Origin: Ruditapes philippinarum | Taxonomy: Eukaryota | Direction of reading: 5' to 3' | Assembly (NCBI RefSeq): GCF_026571515.1 | Contig: NW_026859247.1 | Location: forward strand, 1 to 64,000 | DNA length: 64,000 bases | In this document: piece after piece, positions 27,729 through 41,609 of the stretch | Layout of the letters: each line of letters begins with the position of its first letter | Numbering within the stretch: position 1 is the stretch's first letter | Program-made: the position numbers and the translations under genes | The notes under the pieces: model-generated | What the model was told of the DNA's origin: nothing | Databases searched by the model: none | What the model saw: only the letters and a program-made list of their open reading frames with translations

Positions 27729-30700
27729 TCAACCAAATATTTCCTGCTCTCTAGAAGCTGTTATGCTAGAAAACAAGAACATTAATTTATACAATAAATA
27801 TATATATATTTAATCAAATTAGAAATTTTAGATTTTTATTCGAATATATGAACGAATACATGAACAAGAAAACAATATTTCTATTCTGCGTTGAATGTTT
27901 TTTTGACATGAAGTTCTGATGTTATCTGAGATTATTCATTATTGCACATGAAATAACAAACATTAATTTGAAAAATGAACCATAAGGAAAACACTCATTT
28001 TTGTTCTTAAAGCTAAGAGTCAAAGTTTGTTTAAAAGTTTTTATTACAACTATCATATAACGTTAACTATAATAAGATTTTTTTATATAATCAAAGAGTC
28101 ATGGTTTAACATAACGTTTGACTTACTTTCTTTCGCATATTACATGTGATTTTAGGTCACAAATATGATCTTCCCAAACGTAACCATTTGGTCCCCAAAG
28201 AACGGCACAATCTTGATTCCAGTCTGCTGGATCTGGTTGTCCTGGAGCCCAGTTGGTGTATACATCAGTGATTGGTTTATGATTCGTGTACCAAACCCAT
28301 ATGCCTTCAATTTCGTCGTCTGTTGCCCCAATCCAGAACCAATTATCCCTCGAAGCTCCTGTTGATTTTTTAATGACAGGAATTTTCATGATTTCGGATA
28401 AATACAATTTAGGCTTGTCTGTTTGTATCTCAAGTACCTCAAATATTGTACTGTACAACTGTTAGTTTGTGTAACAGCATAATTTGGGGTCATAATTCTT
28501 TATGAACGTTTAAACTTAATTGTTTGCAGTTATAACGACCGACAATATATTCATGGGAAAAATTATGTGTAATTGTTTTTCATAAAGATATAAATTAACT
28601 CAACCCTGTCGTTGTAAATACAAATACTGGTACAATCATATTTTAAATACGCATTTTGTTTCAACGTTTTTGTTGTGATTGTATAATTACACGAACTTTG
28701 TTGTTATTATTACTATTATTATTATTATAATCGCTTAGGTTTTACAATCTGTGCAAGGAATGTTATTGGCCGATAGGGAAGTGGGCCTGTATAGAACAGT
28801 AAATACATTACAAAATCCATTTGAAAAAATATTAAGTTAATTAACTTTTAAGTCTTTAACTTTGTTTGTTGTTACAATTTGTTAGAAATTCATATAAATG
28901 AAATGGAAACCTGTCTTGAATAAACGTTGGCAGTGATCACGGAGAAACAATTCCTCTGAACGAGATTCTATCGTCACAATGTGAGAATGGTCGTGTGCAT
29001 CGCAGAAATGCTTAAAATAAAAACACAGATTTTACATCTAGAAAATCTTAAAAATGGTTCATTTACTTCAAAGAACTTCTTTGCAACAATAACTGTCTGT
29101 GCAACTTAATACATGTATATTGTATTATGCAAAAAAACGTACAAAATCCTCTGTTTTGCGGAAAACTATTCTGAATATGTCAATGAAAAACAAAAAACTT
29201 CTTTTTATGTAGCAATTGAAAAAAGAAAATATGTTACCGTTGCCTCCGTCCAGTCAACGTTTGTATGATCTGCAAACAGGTAACACGAGTCCTCATAAAC
29301 AACCCATCCATTTTGACAACATTTGTATCCTTAAAACATATCAAATGAAATGATATAATTAAAGAATAAACTATACCTACCTTGAAGTTAAAGTTCAATT
29401 ATTATTATACTTCAAGTGAACCACAGGGTTTAATGAGATGAACATATGATCTTATCTGATGACCAAGCAGACTTTCAGAGCGTACATAATTATGCAAAAT
29501 GCGACAATGGATTCTTCATATTGAAGGGGTAGCCGGACGGGCTTTAAGCCATGTGGTCCAGTACAAGTAGAATAATAATTGAACTTCCAGGCAAGTCTCG
29601 TTTTATTTATTTATTGTACTGTACTGGATCACCTAGGGTTAATGAGATTTTAGAGACTTCGCTTACATTTTGATAAGCCGTTAAAACTACATAACCAAAT
29701 ACAATGATTACTCATTCAATTCAAAACTATTAACTAATCAACTGATAATATAATGTACAAAATACGATGTGCAATAGCCATTTACATAAAAATCCTGTAA
29801 AAGTAACCAGCATTATAAGAGTTTTCTACTGTACAGAACATATGAAAGGAAAAGCTCATAACACATGATTTGACCCCTGCTGCATGGGTAATCAATATTG
29901 CATACTCTTAACAAAAAATCGCCAGTAAGTTTAACACACATACATGCTGCATATTATCTGTCGTATGTATATTTCTTAAGCAATTCACTTCAGCAATTCA
30001 TCCACACCTTTTTTTCTCTTTTTTTTTAAATTTTGCATTTCAGCAATTTTGAGTTTCTAAATCAGTACAACTCAAAATACAAAAAAATGGTCACAAAACA
30101 TAGTTATATCAATAACCAAAGCTTGCCATCGATATTAAGTGATGTACACTCAAATGATATTTCTGTGTAGGTAAAGGATATTCTGTTCAAAGCTTTCTAT
30201 GGTTTTCTATGGTTTTCCAGCAATTCTTTTGTACCCCATTGATTAATTTATGTGGCTTTAAAATATTCCAAAGAATTTTGATATTTTGATATCTTGCAAA
30301 ATCAAACCTTTTCTTTGATTGTTTTGATATTACTGATTTTGCGGTTAAAGGGCCATTAAGCCTTCTTATGCACTAATTCATTTATATTGTTGTTTTTCTC
30401 TTTGTGTCGTCTAAAATATTCCAAAATGTTACTCATTATGTCAATACTTAATCGGTTTACTTTTTATAGTCAGTTGCTTTAAAAAAAACTTGAACAACAC
30501 CTTATGACCGCAGATTTAATTATATTCCCCGTCAATGAAAAGTTTAGTACCACATGCATATACATGTATAAAGATTTAATACAGCATTAATTTAATTAAC
30601 TGCCATTTCTTCCGCCACCTTTAGAACATTTCTAGTCTAAAAAATATGAATGCGCTCATCAAACGTCCATAAATAGAAATGTTTTTAGACTAAATAACAA

Positions 30701-32773
30701 ATTGCATTATCTTTTACAATTTTTTCATTTAAACCTTTTGTTTTATTCAATACTGCATCTTTCCATCAAATGTCATTTTGACAGCCTTGACAATAATTAT
30801 GGATTATGTAAGGCTTAAGTGCAAACGCCTGCTATATACTTTTGTGATAGGCCCGACACAAATCCCTCTCTATCTGAGTGATTTATAGTGCCATTATATA
30901 ACACAGTGAAGGTTAATTAGCAAACATCACTTGCAAACAAACAAATGAAATTAAGACATATGTTTGGCCTAACAACCAAGCAAGGTTATCAATACCTGCT
31001 GTTTTCCCAGGAATAAGTCTAACGATGATAAAAAAATAACAACTTCAGTGAGTCTGAGAGGGTCGAATGCGAGATTTATCTGAATAATAAATCCCAAATT
31101 ATAAGCCTTATCTTACCCATCTCAACCAATATAAAATATCATTATTGTAATGAATGGTAAAACTTTAGTATAGTAGGTTTGTAAAATATGTACATTGATG
31201 CCAATGATTACTTAAATATTTTTTATATGTTTCACTGTAGTAAGCTTTAGCATGCAAGCTACATCATATTTAATTTTGCATTTAGCATTTGTATATGTCT
31301 ATATGAACCTTCCAACTGTAGAAAATTCCAAATAGATAATATGTAAGAGAGTTTAAATGTATATTTTCTTCGCTAGAACTTTTCATTTCTGATTTTATGT
31401 TCTTCCATTTCTATTGACCGAAGCAAGAGCCAAAGGGACATGTGCAAGGCAAGAACATACAGGCAAAGTCATAAAGTGGGCACATTTCATTTTTCATAAA
31501 CAAATGAAGATGTTAAGTGAATGTTTACCGATTATATCTTCTATCACCGTATGCAGTTTAAACAAATTATCTCTAAGGGCTTTCAGGATATGCTCCGGAC
31601 AAACAACGGACAGATGGACAGACGGACAAGGTGGCAACTACATGCTCTCCCTTCGGGGAGTAAAAACGCAATTTCCTTACAATTGACATTGTCAGTGTAC
31701 TTTATTAGAGATACATAGGTTAAGAATGGAATTCAACATAGATATCATTTATAACAATAATTAAATTGAAAATTGTCATCTTACAATTTTCATGATATTT
31801 TTGAAATGTCCAAAATTGATCTATAGTATTGTACAAACAGTGTTTACTCACATTTTGTTTTCTTTCTTGTTTATATACTTCTGTTTTCATTCTTATGGTT
31901 GCCCCTGAGATTCTTACTTCTTTAGCAATAAACCAGCCGCTATTTTCATCTTATTCAACCAATAATATATAACATTTGTTTAATATCTGTTAGAAATGTA
32001 ACAATTCCTTCACAAGATCAGTTCCAAACGGTGCGTTTGTCAAGGATACATTTGGAGTACACAGTTTTTGACATTTCTATGCAAAACTTACTCCAACATA
32101 AAACCATTTTTGTGTGCAAATACAAGATAGAGATAAACGGAATCACTGAAGTCACCCAAAACGGCAAAATCGAAAATGTCGCAGGCTTGGTTTGATTGAG
32201 CCTGTTCAAGGACGATAATGCAAGTTACCGTCAACACCCCTAGCATCTGTTAAGCATTCTTACATCAAATAATAAGGGCTTAATATTTTCTTTACTTATC
32301 ACATAATAACACATAAATAAACAGAAAAAATATGCGGCACTCTGATAGGAAACTTACAGTTTGTCTGCTTAACTTCGACTTCTTTTCTTTAAATAAGAAA
32401 TCAAAATATTGGACGACGTCATTTTATCTGAATTATATTTTTAATATTTCAGCAGTTGGGTATTTATCAAATGGTCGCCGTAATATTATAAAACCGAACT
32501 AGGTCAGTCTGCTGCGTCAATCAGTATAACCATAGTTCAAAGTTATACCATTTTATATAGTTAATATATAAATTTTGAGATTTCTTTTCATAAAAGAACC
32601 CTGGCATCTGTCACAAAGGCATAATTTACTAAATTAATAAACATTAATTTTGTACCTGAAATTACTATATCATAATATATTTTAAGAAGATTCAAATGTA
32701 CTTCACCCTCGATTATTCCGTGGTCATCTAGAATACTGGCTAACACTAGAATTAAACAATGGACCTTCATCAT
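27729..32773 (-). CDS. C-type lectin (perlucin-like) paralog 3, intact; exons 32773-32707, 29329-29238, 29010-28911, 28358-28127, 27765-27729
   Basis: MMKVHCLILVLASILDDHGIIEG-YKCCQNGWVVYEDSCYLFADHTNVDWTEAT-HFCDAHDHSHIVTIESRSEELFL..-NWFWIGATDDEIEGIWVW..YTNWAPGQPD..NQDCAVLW..WEDHICDLKSHVICE-RNITASREQEIFG*. Introns are GT-AG with the same phases as paralog 1. It carries WIG and QPD motifs. Confidence 0.9.
29391..29650. mobile_element. Inverted-repeat element in lectin 3 intron 1
   Basis: aagttcaattattattatacttcaagtgaaccacagggtttaa (~29391) pairs with ttaagccatgtggtccagtacaagtagaataataattgaactt (~29544-29586); a third partial copy lies at ~29600-29648. Confidence 0.55.
31421..31665 (+). mobile_element. 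Short non-autonomous Helentron-associated (HINE/pearl-like) element
   Basis: caagag-type start, (GGAC/AGAC)n microsatellite and 3' hairpin ctcccttcggggag followed by an A-run. Confidence 0.6.
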
Positions 32774-33149
32774 ACCATGCTTACGTATTGTCTGCAAAAT
32801 ATTTTATTCCACCTTTGCTTATCACTGACAGCTCATTAATGTTAACAAAATCTGGTACACTCAAAAATCATTAATGACATTAGTGACGTATTTGCAGTAA
32901 ACTTCCCATTGTTGTCTGGTGTTAGTGGGTGGGTGGGGAGGTTCTTTTAAATAATAAGAAAACAAACGAAATATGAATGTCGCTTGGATTTTGTAATCAC
33001 CTAATTACAAAGCGATCACTTCGATGCAAAACTCAACGCATTCTAAAACTAATTAAAAAAATAGGCTTCTTATATTTCAACAAAGACGATAGAGATGTCT
33101 TTGAAGAAGATGATGATGATAGTGGCGGTGGTGAGATTGGTGTAGGTGG

Positions 33150-35990
33150 CGGTGGTGATGATGATTGTGGTATTGATAGTATTAACAGTGGTGGTGAGGA
33201 TGATACAGGTGGTTATAGAGGTGGTGATGATGATTGTGGTATTGATAGTATTAACAGTGGTGGTGATGATGATACAGGTGGTTATAGAGGTGGTGATGAT
33301 GATTGTGGTATTGATAGAATTAACAGTGGTGGTGATGATGATACAGGTGGTTATAGACGTGGTGATGATGATTGTGATATTGATAGAATTAACAGTGGTG
33401 ATGATGATACAGGTGGTTATAGAGGTGGTGATGATGATTGTGATATTGATAGAATTAACAGTGGTGGTGATGATGATACAGATGGCTATAGAGGTGGTGA
33501 TGATGATTGTGGTATTGATAGAATTAACAGTGGTGGTGATGATGATACAGGTGGTTATAGAGGTGGTGATGATGATTGTGGTATTGATAGAATTAACAGT
33601 GGTGGTGATGATGATACAGATGGCTATAGAGGTGGTGATGATGATTGTGATATTGATAGAAAATAACAGTGGTGGTGATGATGATACAGATGGCTATAGA
33701 GGTGGTGATGATGATTGTGATATTGATAGAATTAACAGTGGTGGTGATGATGATACAGGTGGTTATAGAGGTGGTGATGATGATTGTGGTATTGATAGAA
33801 TTAACAGTGGTGGTGATGATACAGGTGGTTATAGAGGTGGTGATGATGATTGTGATATTGATAGAATTAACAGTGGTGATGATGATACAGGTGGTTATAG
33901 AGGTGGTGGTGATGATTGTGGTATTGATAGAATTAACAGTGGTGATGATGATGATACAGGTGGTTATAGAGGTGGTGATGATGATTGTGGTATTGATAGA
34001 ATTAACAGTGGTGGTGATGATGATACAGATGGCTATAGAGGTGGTGATGATGATTGTGATATTGATAGAATTAACAGTGGTGGTGATGATGATACAGATG
34101 GCTATAGAGGTGGTGATGATGATTGTGATATTGATAGAATTAACAGTGGTGGTGATGATGATACAGGTGGTTATAGAGGTGGTGATGATGATTGTGGTAT
34201 TGATAGTATTAACAGTGGTGGTGATGATGATACAGGTGGTTATAGAGGTGGTGATGATGATTGTGATATTGATAGAATTAACAGTGGTGATGATGATACA
34301 GGTGGTTATAGAGGTGGTGATGATGATTGTGATATTGATAGAATTAACAGTGGTGGTGATGATACAGGTGGTTATAGAGGTGGTGATGATGATTGTGATA
34401 TTGATAGAATTAACAGTGGTGATGATGATACAGGTGGTTATAGAGGTGGTGATGATGATTGTGGTATTGATAGAATTAACAGTGGTGATGATGATGATAC
34501 AGGTGGTTATAGAGGTGGTGATGATGATTGTGGTATTGATAGAATTAACAGTGGTGGTGATGATGATACAGGTGGTTATAGAGGTGGTGATGATAATTGT
34601 GGTATTGATAGAATTAACAGTGGTGGTGATGATGATACAGGTGGTTATAGAGGTGGTGATGATGATTGTGGTATTGATAGAATTAACAGTGGTGGTGATG
34701 ATGATACAGGTGGTTATAGACGTGGTGATGATGATTGTGATATTGATAGAATGAACAGTGGTGGTGATGATGATCAGGTGGTTATAGAGGTGGTGATGAT
34801 GATTGTGATATTGATAGAATTAACAGTGGTGGTGATGATGATACAGATGGCTATTGGAGGTGGTGATGATGATTGTGGTATTGATAGAATTAACAGTGGT
34901 GGTGATGATGATACAGATGGCTATAGAGGTGGTGATGATGATTGTGATATTGATAGAATTAACAGTGGTGGTGATGATGATACAGATGGCTATAGAGGTG
35001 GTGATGATGATTGTGGTATTGATAGAATTAACAGTGGTGGTGATGATGATACAGGTGGTTATAGAGGTGGTGATGATGATTGTGATATTGATAGAATTAA
35101 CAGTGGTGGTGATGATGATACAGATGGCTATAGAGGTGGTGATGATGATTGTGATATTGATAGAATGAACAGTGGTGGTGATGATGATACAGGTGGTTAT
35201 AGAGGTGGTGATGATGATTGTGATATTGATAGAATTAACAGTGGTGGTGATGATGATACAGGTGGTTATAGAGGTGGTGATGATGATTGTGGTATTGATA
35301 GAATTAACAGTGGTGGTGATGATGATACAGGTGGTTATAGAGGTGGTGATGATGATTGTGATATTGATAGAATTAACAGTGGTGGTGATGATGATACAGA
35401 TGGCTATAGATGTGGTGATGATGATGATTGTGGTATTGATAGAATTAACAGTGGTGGTGATGATGATACAGGTGGTTATAGAGGTGGTGATGATGATTGT
35501 GGTATTGATAGAATTAACAGTGGTGGTGATGATGATACAGATGGCTATAGAGGTGGTGATGATGATTGTGGTAATGATAGAATTAACAGTGGTGGTGATG
35601 ATGATACAGATGGCTATAGAGGTGGTGATGATGATTGTGATATTGATAGAATTAACAGTGGTGGTGATGATGATACAGATGGCTATAGAGGTGGTGATGA
35701 TGATTGTGGTATTGATAGAATTAACAGTGGTGGTGATGATACAGGTGGCTATAGAGGTGGTGATGATGATTGTGATATTGATAGAATTAACAGTGGTGAT
35801 GATGATGATACAGATGGCTATAGAGGTGGTGATGATGATTGTGATATTGATAGAATTAACAGTGGTGGTGATGATGATACAGGTGGTTATAGAGGTGGTG
35901 ATGATGATTGTGGTATTGATAGAATTAACAGTGGTGATGATGATGATGATGAAACAGGTGGTTATAGAGGTGGTGATGATGATTGTGCTG
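33150..35990. repeat. Tandem minisatellite, 69-bp unit built from GGT/GAT triplets, ~41 copies
   Basis: Unit ggtggtgatgatgattgtggtattgatagaattaacagtggtggtgatgatgatacaggtggttataga; it translates as GGDDDCGIDRINSGGDDDTGGYR in one frame. Confidence 0.95.
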
Positions 35991-36372
35991 GTAATGGTGG
36001 TTGTGAAAGTAATTTGGCGGTGAAAGTGGTGATCGTAGTTCGTATTTTTACCTTTCAGCTGTTCCACTACTAAGGCGTAACTGTGGAGGCTTTGAAATAA
36101 CCGTTTTGTTCAAAAAGAAAGGTAAAGGCACAAGGTGGGGGTATTTAGCATGAATTTACCACCTTATATAAATTTACAAAGAATTTGTTTGGCTTAAAGT
36201 CAGATTCCCCGTTTTTTTGCGGGGTATGTTAATTGAGCATAAAACAAGATTAATGAAAGAAAGACGGTCATGATAACCGTATATAAGTCTTCTAAATTCT
36301 CATGTTTAAGTGTACAAATTGATGCTATGTTTAAATAGTTTGAAACATTATAAGCTTCAAAAGTTTTCATTT

Positions 36373-36457
36373 TGTTGCCCTGCTAACCAGTAAAACACGA
36401 TAATGACCTACGCATGTTGCCCTGCTAACCAGTAACACACGATAATGACCTACACAT
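36373..36457. repeat. 42-bp direct tandem duplication (2 copies)
   Basis: tgttgccctgctaaccagtaa(a/c)acacgataatgaccta x2. Confidence 0.85.
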
Positions 36458-37574
36458 GAGTACAATTCACAATCGGGCATTTGCCAGTGGTTCCTGATAA
36501 GGAGGTTTTAGCCTTATATTATATAAGCACACAACTTGTAAGGATTTTTGGTTTTCTGTTGTTTATTCGTCGTTAACAATTAACCTTTCTAGAAATGTTG
36601 CAAGTACATCGTCAAAAGAACAAGTACGTCAGTACGACATACGGCCGAAAAACTAATAAAAGAGGACAAAAAACTAGGTTGAAAATCACCGACCGCATAA
36701 ATGAAATCGACCGCGTTGACGCAGTAACGCTGTTATACGGCGTAACCATAACTTAGATTCTAATTAAAGTACATGTACATTATTAAGATGGTAAGATCCA
36801 AAGGTTTTAAACTGTTATATGATATGCGCACGCGAAACACAGTCTGTGTGTCATTGCAACGACATTAGCGTGTTGACGTCAAGCAATGTTGTTTTTCAAA
36901 CATTTGCCACCACACACAATGCAACGTACCTGGTACCCTGGTACCTGGGTAAAAATGTTCTTTTTCTTGAAGTGTCGTGTTGTTAGACGATTTAAAAGGT
37001 CGAACCCGTCAGCCGAATCGTTTTGACCCTGTGACCCTAAAACTGTTGTCTGATTGTGGCTGAAAATGTAAAATTTATCTTACAGAAAATATTCATTTAT
37101 TTGTTTAACTATCACGTTATTGGACCGTTTAACAAATATACTAGTAATGGTGTTTTGAGTCAAAACAAAAAATGGAAAAAATGCCAGAGGCAAGACAAAA
37201 TCGATTTAATATGACACTAATTTGACACGGGTTTGATTTTATATATCCAGATATGCAAAATTAACAAGTATCAAGACAAAAGTGTTATTCTTCGTAAAAA
37301 TCACAGTCGCTGACGCGAGAAGTCATTTCCGAAGTCCAAAGTTTAGTATCTTTGTACTAATTGTACAAAATTAAAAATTCTAATATGCAATTTTCACAAA
37401 ACTCTTCTTATGTACTCATATATAAAATTTTAGTGAGATAGACACACAATTGACTTCTACAGCGGCAATAAATGCACGAGACTAGTGTACAGGGTATATG
37501 AAATATGAGCTCAAACGTGTACTGTGTATAATGTGTAACTGTACTCAGTATAAATATGTGCAGTGAAAATGATT

Positions 37575-37657
37575 AAATGCCTTCACCATCTTCATTATTA
37601 GTATAATCATCATCATCATCATCATCATCATCATGAGTATCATGGTCATAGTCATCA
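37575..37657. repeat. (ATC)n microsatellite running into the gap
   Basis: atc triplet run immediately before the Ns. Confidence 0.85.
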
Positions 37658-37817
37658 NNNNNNNNNNNNNNNNNNNNNNNNNNNNNNNNNNNNNNNNNNN
37701 NNNNNNNNNNNNNNNNNNNNNNNNNNNNNNNNNNNNNNNNNNNNNNNNNNNNNNNNNNNNNNNNNNNNNNNNNNNNNNNNNNNNNNNNNNNNNNNNNNNN
37801 NNNNNNNNNNNNNNNNN
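37658..37817. other. Assembly gap (N run)
   Basis: Run of N bases. Confidence 1.
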
Positions 37818-40800
37818 GTATTTTGTTTGCTGTCAATCGTACATGTAAAAAGTTAACAAGCACATAATGTATGCAAGGATTAACTTGTCAAACAAAATAC
37901 TGCAATACTCTTAAGTTTTCTGCTATTTAAAGAAATGTAATAAAAAGCAGTGTTTAAAAAGATTGATATCATTATTAAATTGAGAATATTGAATAAACGA
38001 GTTGATTAAAGGTCTATGAGTCCGACACAAACGTTTTTAAGGAGTCACAAAAGCAGTATGGGTATCCCCTATCATTGGTATATTGGTTACACAGGGGACA
38101 TACATGTCTTTTCTCCTGTGCTGTTATAAAGGTTTTATTAAGCTGTAAAAGCAGACCGTCTCTTAACAAATAAACTTTCTGCTGATCCCCTTAGTGATCA
38201 TTAAAACTAGATGCGATTGTGCATTGTATATTTAAAAGTAGTTGTTGTTGATTTTATGGTTACGTGAAAAATAGCTGTGTCTGTAAGACAAAATGAAAAA
38301 AAAAACAAAAACATTTACATTCAAAACAGGAAATGAGTTTTGATTTCTACTTTTGTTTTGACTAATAGTATGCAAATTGTTTAATAATAATAATATATAT
38401 ATTATATTATAAACTGTGAAAATACAGAAGATATATATAAGATTGAACCCTGAACAGGCTCAATCAAACCGAGCCTGCAACCGTTGACAGCTTTTAATTG
38501 AATTATAATACTAGTATCTATATTATCAATTTAGCCACACATATCAAACGTGTTCATTTAAATCGATGCTATTTAAAGACAAACAATTTTCACATGTACT
38601 TATTCACCGGCAAGTTTCATTTATCACTAGATGCATCAAAACCTCAAGTCTGAAGGACAAACACGTCAGGCTACCAGTTATTAAGTCATTTCATGCATGC
38701 AAACATTAGGTTGCTAACTTCATCAAAGTAAAGTAATAAAACTTCAAATTCCTTGGCCATATATGAATGGCAGTCAATTGTCTTTAAAGCTCCATCTAGT
38801 GAACTGATCTTTTCCTGTAAATTCTATCCCCCGATGATAATAATAACAACAATAAAAATTAACCATACGACATAACTCGAAAGACTCAAATTACTTTTGT
38901 TGATATTGGTTTATTCTTCCAATTATGTAAGTACATGGTAAGTTATTGGTCAAAGTTCCTAAATAAAACAAAAACAAATAGCATGACAATGTATCTAACA
39001 CAATTGATCTCAAATCAATGTTCAATGATTTTAATGAAGCCCATATCACACATGAGACAGCTATATAATCATGATTGCTTTTTCCAGATACTGTCCGTTA
39101 TTTGGAAACCCTGCTTAGCTACATTTGAAAATAATGAACGTGCAACCATTTTACTATATGTCGGTATACCGGTGTATGGCTCAGATTCATCTTAAGAAAT
39201 ATTAAAAAATTACCTACACATAAAACTTGCTATGATTTACTGTTATATAGATGGGTAATAATTCTGTTTACAATAACTTCCTATATGAATGTGATCATAC
39301 AATGAAATTGAGCTACACAAAATAGACGAAGTATATTCAGTCCGCGGAAGGCGGCTCTACTGTTGATATTTTATGTTTTACATGGGACAAATATCAGAAC
39401 TGATTCTTTCATTTATGTAAGTAACAGGTTGTAAATCTTAGTTAATTAAGTGAAAGTACGATGATTGCAATCTATAACAAATGTTCAAAATTTTCTGGAT
39501 GTTGTTGTTTTTTCATTGGTAAAAAAACATTTTCGATTTTGGTGTAGTTTAAGAAGCCTCCATTATGAAGTCACGTGCCGTTTCTTATTTCTTATGGCCA
39601 CATGAAGTTTGAGAGCGAAACCAGTTCAATCAATATGAGGAGTTTTGAATGTCCACTTGTTGAATATAATTTGACATTAACAAGCGCAAGTCCATCATAA
39701 GTTTGATGCTTTATTAATTTTGGCGTTGCTTTCTTATTTGAAATGTTTCAAACCTCACATTTATATTATTTTGAATAAATTGCATAAAATCAATTGTATT
39801 CAGAGATCTTTATATTTAATTTTCTGATTAAAAAAAAATCAGTTCTAGATAAATATAACACAAACAAATTATGATGCTTTCTGATTAATATATTCTTTAT
39901 TGAAGTGAAAAGTAAACACAACGGGTCGAACATTTCAATGTTTCTCTTTCATCAGAAAACGTTTCGATTTTATATCCACTTACTATGATTAATAATAATA
40001 TGTATTGATGGGAAAAAAAGAGAGAAAAACGTTAAGATGGTCAACATAAAAATACTGATAATATATAATACTATTAGCTAAATATAAAAACGCCGTTTAC
40101 AAACTAATGAATCTAACACGAAATACAAAAGAAATATTATATAAACTTGATACATAGTTCATAAAAAGAAAAATATTCAAAAACAATTACATTTTATTTC
40201 AAATGACAGGTGACCAGAATTACCATTCATTTTACCATTTATCAAATGTGTTTGATATCATTTAAAAAAAAATATGTTTGTGAATGTTGTATAGAGCAAT
40301 TGCGTATGAAAATAAGGGAATTTATAACAGACTAACATTAATGTCCCCTTGCACAAGTTATATACCAAATTTAGTACTTTCTGAAAATGCGCCTTCTAAG
40401 ATCTATATTTCATGGTTGGCAAAACGCGTCCAAAATTAAGCAATTCAACAAACAAAACCGTGATATTTTTTTAAGAAGGACCGGGCTATTATTATCTATA
40501 ATGAATGATACAAATATATTCATGACAATTATGTTGAAAAAAATGTAAACGACAGAAATGAAAACTGTCATACAATGATATTGTTGATATAAAGATGATA
40601 GAATACGAGCTTTTTAAAATCTTTGATAATACAACTAGGAGAATACAACTAATAAAAGAAATAAACAGGGAAATTAAATAACATTTAAAGCATTCACCTG
40701 GCTAATACTGTTCCTTGATGTTTTTAAATAAAATATAATAATTTCCTGATCTAATGATTTACCTGATTTGAATCTTCTATATTTTCAATCAAGATAATAT

Positions 40801-41609
40801 CACAAGTGACCCAACTGTCATGATCAGAGTTACCTTTTTCGTTATTTTGAAAACATGCCTAACTTCATTTGATAAGATAATGTTTTAATCATTTGACTGT
40901 CTGTCGGCATCTATAATTATGATATGTCTTATAAACATTACATTGCCTACCCAATGGTTATATCTGTTATATCTGGTTTTGTGATTCAAACAATCAGGTA
41001 AATGGCTTACATTCTACTTTCATGGATATCCTATATAAATATAATCAGTAGATTAATATAAGAAATCAAAGAAAAGCAAAACGAAAGGTTATATATACAA
41101 ACATATATACATGTCCATGGAGGAAGATTCCTCGTTAATAGTTGTTTGATAAGTTATCTTGGGATATTTATATTTCCCATTCAAATGCTATTCAGTTTTC
41201 CGGAAGAAAGGACCCACAAATGACATGTAATCAACGAAAGTATTTTTAGTTCTCTGTGATTATCGTACGAAACAGGAGTGTTCTGTCAGAGCTCTACCTG
41301 AAAATACAGAAAATAAAATACAAATATGTATTTTAACAGAATAAAGGGATAAGTGTACACTTATTAATAAATCTAACAATATCTTCTTGTGCAATTCTAA
41401 AACTGATACGATATATCATATTATGGAAAACGAGACATTAATAAAAACGGTATAAATAAGATATAAAGGTGTAAATATTATTAAAGTTATCATTATTGTT
41501 CACCATAGGGATATCTACATTGGGCATTTTATCAAATGCTAGAAAGAACATAATTGTATTCAAAGCTTGACAATATATAATGATTATATTGGTCACAAAA
41601 TACCTTCAT

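Noticed and set aside
33146-36073. 975-aa ORF and overlapping VVMMI/IIITT ORFs as genes
   Set aside because: Products of a triplet-based minisatellite that is open in several frames and switches frame internally.
39920-39970. Possible hammerhead ribozyme on the minus strand (CTGATGA-aaga-GAAAC..GTT)
   Set aside because: No stem II and no stem I complementarity.
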